A DNA stretch of 62,998 bases, filler included, from Choristocarpus tenellus KU-1152 (taxonomy: Eukaryota > Protista > Phaeophyceae): NCBI GenBank assembly GCA_964200185.2. It is 8 parts of 8 records of this genome, joined end to end, with 100 filler letters (N's around TTAATTAATTAA, not from the genome) between each part and the next. Parts side by side here need not be neighbours in the genome. Positions count along the whole stretch, not along the records: positions 46,195 to 51,349 come from CAXNAD020011680.1; positions 51,450 to 56,218 come from CAXNAD020013129.1; positions 56,319 to 59,450 come from CAXNAD020022096.1; positions 59,551 to 62,998 come from CAXNAD020019966.1; 4 more parts are not named here. One strand, 5' to 3'. Of this stretch, positions 51,104 through 62,998 are shown piece by piece. The position numbers and the translations under genes were made by a program. The notes below the pieces were generated by a model. The model had not been told where the DNA came from. It was given only the letters and a program-made list of their open reading frames with translations, and searched no databases. Each line of letters begins with the position of its first letter. Within the stretch, counting starts at the first letter, position 1.

Positions 51104-52036
51104 GTGTGCTTGCTCTTCCGCCTGACAGCAGTAACCCCCTCAGGCTTGAGTTGCTTGTTGGAAATCGTTAAACTCTGCGATACACGTCGTCGCGTTTGAG
51201 TAAACTCAAGCTGGCATCGTGTCTTGCGCCATGGGATTGTTTCATTCGTTTCATTCGTTTCGTTTCGTTTCGTTTCATTTTTTTTTTTATCATTGGATGC
51301 TGATGATCCCCCCCCCCTTGAAAATCTGTATCTACGTGTTGATCACCGCNNNNNNNNNNNNNNNNNNNNNNNNNNNNNNNNNNNNNNNNNNNNTTAATTA
51401 ATTAANNNNNNNNNNNNNNNNNNNNNNNNNNNNNNNNNNNNNNNNNNNNGTGCCTGCCTGTTGCGGCGCGGGCGGGGCTGGGCGGCGGGCGGGGAGACGG
51501 GGGGGGGGGGGGGGGGGGGGGGGGGTGAAAATTATCCTTTAGTAATAGTACAAAACAAAAAGTGCTTTGAAGTAATAGAAATGTCGTGGACACTACATGT
51601 CTGCTATTCCTAGCTCCAGTCAAACACCAACACCGGCACAGGGTCAATGATTAGAGCCAGCTCTACCCAGGAAAAAAAGTGGTGAGATGCAACGGGATAG
51701 GGAGGTGTGACAACAAGCTGTGAAAAATCGATTAATCTCAGACCCTTCATCTTACGAGTTCACTGCACACCATGTAAATTATAATGGGGGGAGGGGGGGG
51801 CTGTTGGGCATCTTAGAGGTTAGGTGATAGCTATGATAAAATAGCTTTGATAAAATAGCTATGATAAAATAGCTATCAACAAGACAGGTTCTTAAGCGTC
51901 TCTTTGATAAATTTTTCGACCTAGGGGACAGAGAACTAATTGCCCATGGCATGGTGGAAGCTGGCCAATAAACACTGCTTAAGACTCTCCTTCAGCAGTA
52001 AGAAAGGTTAATGCTTTGGACACACTGAAAAATGTG

Positions 52037-52134
52037 TTAGGGTTAGGGTTAGGGTTAGGGTTAGTACTATTTTTCTCACATTGGAAAAAAAAAGCACCTG
52101 GCATGACATGTGAGATATATAGATATATATATAT

Positions 52135-52191
<57 letters not shown>

Positions 52192-52204
52192 CAGATAGAT
52201 AGAT
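52037..52204. repeat. (TTAGGG)4 tract followed by a (GATA)n microsatellite
   Basis: Read directly from the sequence. Confidence 0.9.
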
Positions 52205-52302
52205 CACAGGAAGATGTCTCTCGTTCAGACTCAACGTTCCTTTTCTTGTACTTGTTTCATGGCATCATAAATATTTCCACAGGGGTGATATGGCATCAGT
52301 AC

Positions 52303-53059
52303 CTGCATGCACATAGGGCAGAATGTCATGTACTGGCCACAGAGCTTGCACATGCATTGGTGACCACAGTCTAAGCACACTGTGTTGATCGCCCTGGGGA
52401 TAAGAGATATCAGCAATATTATACAATATTATACAATATTATACAAAGATATAAATTGAACAAAGCCAATGCAAGTAGGAAGCTAAGAGAGCACTGTGTG
52501 CTGAGGGTTGTTGCTGGACTCCACAAGGTAGTGTTCTGCAATAATAGTGTGTCATGTGTCATGTAGTCTCAACAAAAGCAGAGGCACAAAATGGATCCCG
52601 ACAAGGCTTGTCTATACCCACTGGCAGCAGTGTCCAGCCCAAATGACATGAAACACCAAAAAGGACTTAGCAGTCACAGCACCGCCTTCTGGCATTTTAA
52701 AAAAAATAGGACAAGAGCCACGTGTAATTTGTGGTTATATCAAAATATTATATTAAAAAATTATATTAAAAAATTATATTAAAAAATTATATTAAAAACA
52801 CTCTTGCGCCACTACATGCCCATAATGTCAAAAAAAAGGGTTGGACGAAAAAACAGACTGTTGCGGGAAGGGATTTCTTGTACCCCTCACCTGTCCCAAC
52901 ATATCTTGCATGTACGGCTGTCAGTCTGCTCCTCCTGAGCCCTGTTGGCACGCTTTCTCACCTGCACAAACATGGACAACAAAATCCCATCGCAAGGGGG
53001 GGGGGGGGGGGGGGGGGGGGGGGAGGATAGAAATGGCCCAAAAAAAACATGAAAATTAA

Positions 53060-53095
<36 letters not shown>

Positions 53096-53112
53096 AACCC
53101 CAGAAGCACGAA

Positions 53113-53160
<48 letters not shown>

Positions 53161-54353
53161 GGGGGTAGGGATGGTATCACATGGTCCTACAAATCCCTGT
53201 AAATTTAATGAAGTATTCCAAAAGCACAACAAATAATAAGAGCTCACAAAAAAGAGCAGAAAGACTATCTTGCATAGGACAAGAACAAATTTTAAAAGCT
53301 GAATCTATACAGGTTCCTGTGAACTGCTGCATACACACCACTGGTGCAGCAGTGCAATTACAACAATACCTAACCCTAACCCTAACCCTAACCCTAACCC
53401 TAACCCTATCCACTACAACCCATTGGCACATTCCCCCCCTGAACCACTTCACACTAGCTTCTGCAAACATGCTTCAATCCGCATCGAGCCCTTGGACACA
53501 CATAGGACAAGCAAACCTTACCTCCTGCAGTTTTTCCATTGCCTCCATCTTCTCTTCTGCTATCATGCGAAGAGCGATCTACTCGTGTACGAAGAGACAG
53601 GCAAGGCAAGGTAAGAGAGGGAACAAACAATCAATACATCATTGTGCAAGCACCCATTTTTCAACTGCTTCATCACTTCAGAGCAGACACACAAGATAAC
53701 TACTACTCTACTGGACAAAGAAGGATTGATTTTGCCATTTGAAAGCGGGCCAGGTTTTTTCGAGGGTTGGCGTAAGGTTTAGGATTCTGGATGTCGCTCG
53801 GGTGTGCGAGTGAACTGTGCCATGTCTCTGCACTAGCTACACTAATAATAGTACATCCTCAAAGTGCAAGCGGAAGGAGTAAGTGAGGAACGTGGTAGGC
53901 ATAGAGGCTCTTTATTAGAACGCCATTGAGTAGGATAATATTCGTCGCGATCACCAGTCTTGTTCGATTGTAGAGTATTGCGACAAGACTCCGTCAAAAA
54001 AATCGAGCGATGACATTGCGTGCGAAGAAGAACCAGCCAGGTTGTATGGAAGTGATTTGTACCCATGTACCAAAAAGGATTGGAGGGTATGAACTAATGA
54101 ACACCACGACGATATCCTCTATATCTAGGTCAGGCGTGACTGGAACAGGGATTTCCAATCACCTATACCTGCGCATCTAGTATGACCTCTGAAGCCCCTC
54201 GTCGTAGGCACGTACACAGCACGTCCATGGATACCACCAAAAATTATTGCTGGGGGAGTCATGATATGGACTCACCAAACGGAAGTTGACCCTCAGCTTC
54301 GACCATCGTTTCGCTGCCTCACTGCATTTGCTGGGTTTCTCACTCTCTCCTTC
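52303..54353 (-). CDS. C-terminal RING-HC (C3HC4) E3 ligase-like protein, partial; exons ~54275-54353, ~53522-53577, 52891-52961, 52303-52393
   Basis: CKICWDR|AINTVCLDCGHQCMCKLCGQYMTFCPMC is spliced in phase and preceded by a coiled-coil exon. The upstream exons are less certain. Confidence 0.75.
53369..53407. repeat. Interstitial telomeric repeat (CCCTAA)~6; another (CCCTAA)5 at 62431-62460
   Basis: Read directly from the sequence. Confidence 0.9.
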
Positions 54354-55541
54354 CTCTATCGTGGACAACAAGAGGGGACACGGAGGAGTCACGAAGTACG
54401 TTGTCATTCAATCAACGTCGGTTATGTCAATATTGACAACACTTATTTGCTTTAAGAGAGGATAACACACCCTTGCCCGACTTGTACCATTTAAGAAAAG
54501 AGAAAGGACGTAAGAATGTGTAGTACCGCCATATTGGGTGGATCGGTAGTAGTGTTTATCACAGTCTGACTTCTGATGGGCATTCCAAGGTCCAACGAGT
54601 AGCAGTAATTCCATTCAAATGCACCATATACAAACTACTTCGCCACAAACTTCACTTTGGGATCTACTGCAAAATGAATTTGGTAGGTCAACGACCTTTG
54701 GACAATCACCTCAGAAGTTTTTTCAACTCATGAAAGCAAGTACCTCCCCATACTAGAAGATCCACACCGCTTAACCTTTCAACATGATGCCGTCTTTCTC
54801 TTCTTCCATCATTGTAAACGTGTAGCGCCTAGATCAGTCGGGTTAACCCCCTGCCTTTTGGAGGTTATTGGTACCCTAGGGTTGTGCCGTAGGTTACCAG
54901 AACTTTATCTCAAGTCATTCATTCACTTGTTAGCTTGGGTAGAATATTGGATTGTCTGGGTCAATCCACTATCCACTATCATTCACTCACTAAAGTAGAA
55001 GTAACAGGTTATCCGTTTGGAGCAATCTTGCTTCAAGTGTGTAACCCTAAACAAGTATACAATATAAATATCAAATTAAACCTTACGACATGAGGTGTTG
55101 AAGATTTGTATGAATGTACTAACAACTCCAGTGAAAATATACGATGGTAAAAACGGAGAGGAACGTTTCCAACACGATTTTGATGGTCACAACCTTAATA
55201 GGTACAAAGCTGAAGTGGTTGCCTTACTTCCCCACAAAAAACTGACCCTGGTTAGCCCGCTACCAACATACAATGCTTGTGGAATACCGAAAAAAAAAAT
55301 CTGGACATCTTTTTAGCGCCATTTCCATACTTTTTGAGAGCACACACACACGCGACCCACATAGCAACAAGAACCACGACGTTAAGACAAGAGAGCCGCC
55401 AAGGCCACTCTGCCCCCTGGATCTACTACCCTCGGTACCTTCTCCGTCGAAAGGGGACAAAAAAACAAGTATCGTGTTAGGTGACGAGAAAGTGCCTGTA
55501 CTGTGGCACAGCAGCATGATCAAATCGCACAATGAACCACA

Positions 55542-55702
55542 GGCTCAAAGTATCTGGGGGCGGTGGCGGCTGTCCATTTGGGGTCAATTTTTTCATGTAG
55601 CGATTTTTGGGTGATTTGGTATTATACGTCGGATGGATAATGAAAATACACTTTCTCCTTAGTTTGGTCCAAATGGACACCATGGTCTAGAACCCCCCCC
55701 CC
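55542..55702 (-). mobile_element. MITE type A, one end lost (other partial copies at 56319-56373 and 59244-59395)
   Basis: GGCTCAAAGTATCTGGGGG plus the characteristic interior. Confidence 0.8.
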
Positions 55703-55907
55703 AAAAAAAAAAAAAAAATTAAGGTTAAGCAGATGGAAAAAGGAAAAGGAGAGAAGATCTATTGAAAGCATTATTACCACAAAACGTGATTGGATCTTCA
55801 ACCACATCAGAGCACTGCTCTGCAGTCTCTGCCGCCTTGGGAAAGCAGGAAGAGAGCGGCGAGTTCATTGCCAGTTGGTACAGTGACGAAGTCTGTGGGG
55901 CAATCTC

Positions 55908-56218
55908 ATGACCGAGAGCTTGGGGACGGGCGAACATATTGTTCGCCCTATGACAAAGAGATCGAGAACCCAACCACCAAAACTATTGGACGACTCGGAC
56001 TACCAGGACTGGCAGAGGCTTTTCATCGTGCATTGCCGATATACTCACTGTTTGGATGCGTTGACAAGTGAAAGACCAGTCAATCGTGAACGCTCCTACG
56101 AAGAATTTCTCTCGGACGGCTTCAGTGCGAACGATATCAGGATGGCCGAAGAGGCCTACCATGCACTTTACTGTTGCTCTTGTTGCACCCACCACCAGGG
56201 CACTGTGCTATACGCACC
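55908..56218 (+). mobile_element. Probable Ty1/copia gag N-terminus, truncated by the contig end
   Basis: Intronless ORF with PPKLLDDSDYQDWQRLF...CLDALT...AEEAYHAL, resembling the copia gag N-terminal Y-x-x-W pattern. No LTR was resolved. Confidence 0.45.
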
Positions 56219-57110
56219 NNNNNNNNNNNNNNNNNNNNNNNNNNNNNNNNNNNNNNNNNNNNTTAATTAATTAANNNNNNNNNNNNNNNNNNNNNNNNNN
56301 NNNNNNNNNNNNNNNNNNAAAGGGGGCCCCAAACGGACAGCCGCCACCCCCCCCCCCCCAGATACTATGAGCCCTCTGTGACTGACAGTCACCTCCATGT
56401 CGAGACAAACCAACAAAGCACAAACTACGCCCAGGATGTGACATCAAAGTACTTTGAAGATGTCAGGGAGGCAGAACCAACCTGAACTTTGAATAATTCC
56501 CTTGGGATTGACGTTTCACAGAAATGGTGTGTACGCTTGTGTGGAGTGGTGCTGGTCAGACTCAGTCCTGGAATTGAGTTGATCCCCTCTAGGCTGTGAT
56601 CATCACCAAGTATCCACTTCAAGAGGGGGCAGAGATACATGTTATGTGATATCATTGCTACTCCTGTGAGAAGTACAGAGTCCAGAAGAAAATTAGTCTT
56701 GGCTATATGGAGTTTCAATTGTCACACCTACAGTATCATCTCCTGGGTTGCTGCCTTTGGAAATGCAGTAGGGGCCAACCCTACCTAACAGGAATACGGA
56801 ATCTGTAGGAGTAGATTGCATGCCCGGACCTTGTCAAACCAGTATTAGGGCACACTTCATAAGTTATGCAGTGAAGGGCAGCAGTAACTCCACCACATCT
56901 TCTCAAAGTCTTGCAAACATTGATGTTCCATATTTCAGATTGAATCACTGCAGTTACGTGCAACTTATACCAACAAACGAGTGCCAGAGTTAAGTTGCAA
57001 CCACCTTCTTATTCCAAATACCCTGTGTACTTCAAATTACGCACATCTTGCTTGGTCAGCCCACATTCTACCACATAATGGACACGATCAGAAAAACGAT
57101 CAAGTGTGCT

Positions 57111-57149
57111 CTCAATCTCAATCTCAATCTCAATCTCAATCTCAATCTC
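57111..57149. repeat. (CTCAAT)n microsatellite
   Basis: Read directly from the sequence. Confidence 0.9.
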
Positions 57150-57181
57150 ATATATCCCTTTGACATTCCTCCTCCACCCAC

Positions 57182-58915
57182 CTCATAGTTGTCGCGGATG
57201 CTAGTGCCTACACTCAGGGCTTTCTTGCCTTCTAGTGTATCCTCCTCAGACCACATACATGTCCGCCCACTCCCCGTAGGTGTGGAGCTATCCTCTTCAG
57301 GACATTGGTGAGGCACAGGTGGCGTGGGCTGTGTCAACAGTGGCAGCGGCGGTGGTTGTGGCACCATCCCCCCTGAAGCTACGTGTGCGGCGATGTTTTT
57401 GGCTAGTTGGCGCAAAAGCATCTCATCGCGAAATACGCGTGCAAGCCCTGTCTGTATCTCTTTGATAGAGAGCTGAATGGCGTTGGTAGAAGATACAATT
57501 ACGAAAACGAGGCATGACTTTTCTTGGGGAGAAGGCTCATGCTATATCCACATACACAGGTATGTGTCGATCTAAGTTAGAGAGGAATCAAGAAAGATTG
57601 TACCTGTGGGAAACACTCGGCAGTACTAATGTCTACTACACATGTTTGGTACATATCTACCATTATTGTTTCCATATATATATATTTGTGTGTGTGTACA
57701 TACCATTACTATGTATAGGTAAAGGGTTTTGAGATAGGCTTGGGGTTAGGTCGTTCATGTTTCTATTTAAGTCTGTTGCCATTGTTGTTGTACATAGATC
57801 CTTGCTAGGTTGAGTATACAGAGATCTGCACATAGCAACTCAAGTTGAAGTGAGGTCGTGCCTGGCTCATATGCAATCACAATACACATTTCATGCTTAA
57901 GAACTCGAGATCTATGTCCTTGATATGCTTCTTTGGATCCTGTTTAGTTTTCTGTGATGATACTACTTTGAAGTATTGTGAATAACAGTAATAATGTAGA
58001 AATGCAATCTTGTGAAAGGGTTGGAAGCAGTACATATTGTGAGACGCACCAAGCCGTCACCACTTGCACCTAAGAAACCCATAAGATTGCCAATATTCGC
58101 ATGATGCTCCAGGTTTACCCTTGCTCGGGAGAAGAGAGTCAACAGCTGAGGTGGAGTCATGACCAACTGAGGGTCAACTCCAGTGGCCTTGGGGAATGTG
58201 AAGAAGGGCAGTCGAGGAAAGAGGTAGTGCAGCTGATGAAGGAGGTTAAAATGGAAAGTTGTTTGCATGTTATACAAGGTATGGGAATGTAGAATTGCGT
58301 TGTTTACAGTAGAAGAGAGAAATTGGATGAGAGTCATAACCAACCATGAGAGATAAGACAAGTTGCCTCATCAGCTGAAAAACAGCTTACAGAAAGTGAG
58401 TGAACCACCTGATGCTTTTTTGGTACAAGGTCAGTGCTGTTAGTACCAAATATCAGTGGTGACCACCACTTCATAAAGTGTTCCTTCACCCATCCTAAAA
58501 GAGGGATATTGTAGCTTGGTCACAACGGTAGGGGCGAAAGTATCTTAGAGGGTACGAGTTTTGCCCTATTTGTCCATTTGAGGCTTGGCTTCCCATGGTT
58601 TTTTTTATTACATTTTCCTACTCCAAAATGCTTAGGAGTAGGTAAAATGTGTACGTTATGAAAAGGTGTGTCCCGAATATGGATATTAACTCTTCCTAAC
58701 AAACGCAACTACCAAAATTACATCAAAATCGCAACATTGGAATTTGGCCCCCAAATGGTCACGGCTGTGCCCTCCAAGATACTTTGGCTCGTAGATGTGA
58801 ACAATTTTCCCCGGCAATCAAGTCATACCTGGATCAGGTCAGACATACGCTGGCCAGTCGTCGCTGTAAATCGTTGAAGCTCCGTAAGTAAATCATAGGC
58901 ACCGCAGTCCCTTTA
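57182..58915 (-). CDS. Hypothetical protein, internal exons (~58828-58915 and ~57182-57470)
   Basis: Open GC-rich frames (DCGAYDLLTELQRF...DLIQ|gt; ARVFRDEMLLRQLAKNIAAHV...DNYE|gt) end at GT donors. No domain recognised. Confidence 0.4.
58531..58790 (+). mobile_element. MITE type B, probable TSD GTA
   Basis: GGGGCGAAAGTATCTTAGAGGGTACG...CCTCCAAGATACTTTGGCTC, flanked by gta/gta. Confidence 0.85.
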
Positions 58916-59550
58916 TGAGTGTGCACAGGGGACGGAAACAGGATGCGTTGTCGGGGGAACAGGAGAGGAGGGATGGAAGCAGAGGATGAGACGGGGGGGT
59001 AAACACACATAGGTGCGCACCCACACACAACGCTCCACACGCATTGCCTAAGAGTATATGTCTTTGGATTGATCAGCCTCCTCAACTACTTCTTTGGGTT
59101 ATTTTCTTCATCATACCATCTACATCCACCCAAGGTAGTCAATTATGAAGTACATCTCCCATGAATGACAACCCTCCCCCCTCCAATAAATCGAAGTTTC
59201 TACTTGAGACAAATGAATTAAGAGGTTGGCAGGGTTGCATTTTGGCTCAAAGTATCTGGGGGGGGGGGGGTCTACACCAGGGCGTCCACTTGGGCCCTGA
59301 CCAGGAAAAATGAACTAACATTATCCATCCAACATATGCAACCAAATCATCCAAAAATTGCAACATGGAAAAATGGACCCCAAATGGACAGCGGAGCCAA
59401 GAAACCACTCGACCCCCACCCCGTACCCCTACAGAGCGACAAATAAGAAANNNNNNNNNNNNNNNNNNNNNNNNNNNNNNNNNNNNNNNNNNNNTTAATT
59501 AATTAANNNNNNNNNNNNNNNNNNNNNNNNNNNNNNNNNNNNNNNNNNNN

Positions 59551-62500
59551 GGGTTGAGGGGCGAAAGTAGTGTGGGTGGTGCTGCTTCTGCCGGGGGGGG
59601 GGGTGGAGGGGAGACAACAGTAGCAGGGGAAAGGGGAGAGGGAATAACTAATGGGGCTACTGGGGGAGGAGGAGGGATGACGACAATGGGGAAGGTGAAA
59701 GAGATAACTGTGAACAGTAGTGCAAGCCACTGTCCATTGAAAGGACGAGTCTTTTTGCCTTCATGGAGCCGCCCAATTACAGGAGAGGGGATACAGACAG
59801 AATCAGAGGGGGAGGCCCTAGCGAAGAACATGGCAGAATCTATGGCAAATTCACAATCACTGGGGTCGAGCTTCTACACAAGCAACAATGCTTTTGTTGG
59901 GCGCATGGACGATGCTCAGCATGGGGGAACAGCGGCAAGCTCGTCATGGGATGGAGACACTGAACCCTTGAGGTTGGAGTGTCCCTGGTCGCCTTCAGGT
60001 GTGGAGGAGATTATACTGGAAGATATGGTTCAGGTAGATCCCAGTGTCTTCGACACGACACTTGATGTGTTCGATACAGACGAAACACGGCTTTTTGCTC
60101 GCCTTGCTCAGGCAGGGCATCCTGTGCCTCCAGCACTGTTGACGTACACCATGGACTCGACAGCAGCAGGGGCTCTGAAGCCCGGGAGTGTGTTCTCACA
60201 GCGGGCTAGGGCACTCAGGCTCTTGGGTCTCTCACAGGACCCTTACCTCCACTGCATGCCGTGCATCGACCTCAAGATACCACTCGATCGGTCCATGGTC
60301 TTGAATGAGTCTGTTGACGTTCCTGACTGGATGGCTTCGTCGTTTGGGGAGGAACTCGGCTGCTCACTGAGCTATGTTGATAAGCTGCCCAGCAATAGCA
60401 ATAAGCGAGTTAAGGTCAGAAAGCCTGTCATAACACGGGATCCGAGAGGGGTTGGAGGTGGGGCTGCCGGAAGTGGGAGCCGCTTGGATCAAGGGGGTGC
60501 TCTTGCTGCTGGACTGCAGCATCGACAAGCAACCGGTGGAGGCTCGGCCAATGCTGGGGTTGGGGCTGGTGGTGTGGGAGGTCGGCTTGGGGGGGCAGAA
60601 GAGTGGACCCCGAGGGAAGACGCGCTGATAGTGTCGGCAGTTGTCAAGTTTGGGGAGAACTGGAAGCTCGTGGCGTTTGTTCTCAATAAGAACCCAACCG
60701 TCCGTGGGAGACTGCGTTGCGGAAGCCAGTGCAAGGCCCGATACATCAATCTCATGACTCTGATCACAGACGCGGAAAAGAGACTGTGCAGGTCAGAGCT
60801 CTGCGGCGTGAGTGTCACCCTGGCACCAACTCTGGGGCCAGTAACTCCAGCTCAACCACCAGACCCAGAAAATCCTCAGCCTGCACCGCCACCATCTACG
60901 GGGGAGGTGGGAGGCGACAGTGGTGATAACAGTGGCTCCAGGGCTAAACAGGGGAGAGCTCTAGGGCGAGGCAGCAGCAGCAATGCTGATTGGGGTCCGG
61001 TGGAGGTTGTCACAGCGGAGCCACCCACAAGCCTCGTCCATTCGTTGCTGAACCATGTGGCAGCAGTGCCTCTAGTGACCATGGAAGACAGAGAGTCTCT
61101 TCACCCACGCTTCCAGGCCCTGGTAGCTGCAGTGCGTCGCAGGGCGGCTCCACCGCCGATCCCGGGCTGCGATGACCCGCATGTGGCGATCCAGCCGGCG
61201 CACGTGTCACACCATACAGCTGCAGAGGAGGTGGGGGCGACGGGGGCACTGGCTCCCACGCAGGTGATTGATAGGCATAGGCAGTCGCAGCAGCAGCATC
61301 AACAACAGCATCAACAGCAGCATGCTGCTGCTGCTGCTGCTCAGGCTGCGGCGTTGGCTCAGCAGCAGCAGCAACAGAACCTTGGCGCAGGAGGGCAGCA
61401 TGCTTCACAATCAGGTGGGGCTTTTTGAAGGGTATTGTTGGGATTCGCTAGGTCTTCTGAAACAGAGGGGGGCTATGGTACGGAGATGATGATGGTGCCA
61501 TATTGTGTGGTTTTGTCTATTATTGTATCTTTGGGAGATCTGCCCTGAGGTGTTGCACTGGAATTCACAGGGGGGGGGGGGGGCATATACCTCACACCGT
61601 CAAATTTAGTCAAGTTTAGTTGGACATCGCTAAGAACAATACAATGAAGGAAATAATGCTAGGCATGTTTCATTCTTGAATGGAGTCAGAAAATGCTGTT
61701 GCTTGCTCAGAAAAGGTGTGTTGAATCTTGCGACCCCTTTGTTTTATTTGAATCCCTGCAATACAGTACATATGTAACGTGTGGGTTATTTGTTACTACT
61801 CGGGAGTACTGAGAAGGCCAACAACCCTTCAAGTCGTAATAGGATGGAGTTACAACTATTTAGGTCTGTATTCAGTTGTCTACAAAAAAACTGAACCAAT
61901 TTCAACTGTTTTTTTCAAGGAGATTTTGTATAGAAGACTTTAGATGTTAATAAAAGTACAAAAAAAACATTGTAGTGCTCACTCTGTTTCAAACAACCCC
62001 CAATGTGCATTTCGCCTTGATGGTTTCCCTGTTGAGACTCTGCCTTAGTTTTATGCACTGGAAGTGGGAAGGATGGGGCAGGGGAGGAGGGAGGGGGGGA
62101 TGTTGTGCCTTTTCATGAAGAATAGGCTCTGATTTCTAGAATGCACAAGAGTACATTCTGAAGACTCAAAATAATCCCCCCTCCCCTCCTCTAGTAAACC
62201 ATTTCATCCCCAAGTCAAGCCAAGCAATTTATGCATGGAATCATACTGTGATTTTGTAGGTAAAATTAGCAATAGGGTGGCACAAATAAAGTTTTCAAAA
62301 TATGTACGGACAAAAAATGTGTAACTGATGTAATTCAACTTGGATGCTTTTTCAAGTAGATGCACAACTTAATAATCCCCCTTTCCCCCCGCTCTTCCCT
62401 CCCACCTCTCTCCTCTTGTCAAGATTCGAACCCTAACCCTAACCCTAACCCTAACCCTAACAAGAGTGTGCCTGAAAGTATAGCTAAAATGAGGAATAGA

Positions 62501-62998
62501 TTGACAGAAGCATGTGTATCATATGCTCTGACTAGAATGAGACAGCTGGAGATTGAATGCCAGAAATTTTAAAGCTGAAGTATGCCTATACAGGAATTTC
62601 TTTTTCCACTGAAATATTCTCTTTAGAATTGAGTGGTGCTATCGCCCGTCTTCCACATGCCTCTCCAGCCCCACCCCGCCTGGCCCCCCTCACTCACCTG
62701 TATGTGTTACCTTCCTCATTGTTGTAATTGATCAAACTGTCTGTCTAAAATCTAAATAGCTGCGGTTCCTGTTGCAGCTGGGAGAGGGCCTGGAATAGTT
62801 TCCAGTTCAACAGTCGGGCAGCGGGTTGGTTCTGTTGGTATCCCAGTCACCAGCGGGGCAGTGATGGCTGGCAGGGTGGGTGCAAACATTCCCGGTGGAA
62901 CAGCTGCACAGCTGCACCAACAGCAGCAGATCCAGCGAGGGGTTGGGGCTGGGGCTACAAGTGCTGCGATGGTGGCCGGGGGATCAGGGGGAGGTGGG
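59551..62998 (+). CDS. SANT/Myb-domain chromatin protein of the EAF1/PIE1(SWR1)/EP400 type, partial; exons 59551-61414 and 62778-62998
   Basis: A 1.9-kb open frame contains EWTPREDALIVSAVVKFGENWKLVAFVL...RGRLRCGSQCKARY and AHVSH, then a poly-Q/A tract. A phase-1 GT-AG intron leads to a G/Q-rich exon. Confidence 0.72.

Noticed and set aside
21333-51349. Apparent cluster of EPSPS, MiaB fusion, AKR and SET as one pathway locus
   Set aside because: The genes lie on different contigs joined by artificial linkers, so adjacency across linkers is meaningless.
53177-53699. ORFs with RVRVRV / LTLTLT or RLRLRL dipeptide runs (also 57068-57421)
   Set aside because: They are translations of (CCCTAA)n and (CTCAAT)n microsatellites within introns.

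Overview
Eukaryotic, intron-rich DNA. It is most likely from a photosynthetic stramenopile (brown alga or relative), inferred from bipartite signal-peptide+F plastid presequences, long introns and TTAGGG repeats. The window is not one locus: eight contigs are joined by artificial 100-nt linkers (N44-TTAATTAATTAA-N44), so synteny is valid only within a contig. Manual splicing recovers a kinesin, a WD40 protein, a SMYD5-like SET protein head-to-head with a plastid-targeted EPSP synthase, an FHA protein, a Kelch protein, an aldo-keto reductase, a RING-HC protein and an EAF1/PIE1-type SANT protein. The most notable gene is an in-frame, organelle-targeted parvulin PPIase-MiaB (tRNA methylthiotransferase) fusion. 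Introns carry about 20 copies of a MITE family with two internal types and shared termini, four of which form nested inverted repeats around one exon. A decayed plant-type mariner transposase and a copia-like gag fragment are also present. Most ORFs in the supplied track are spurious.
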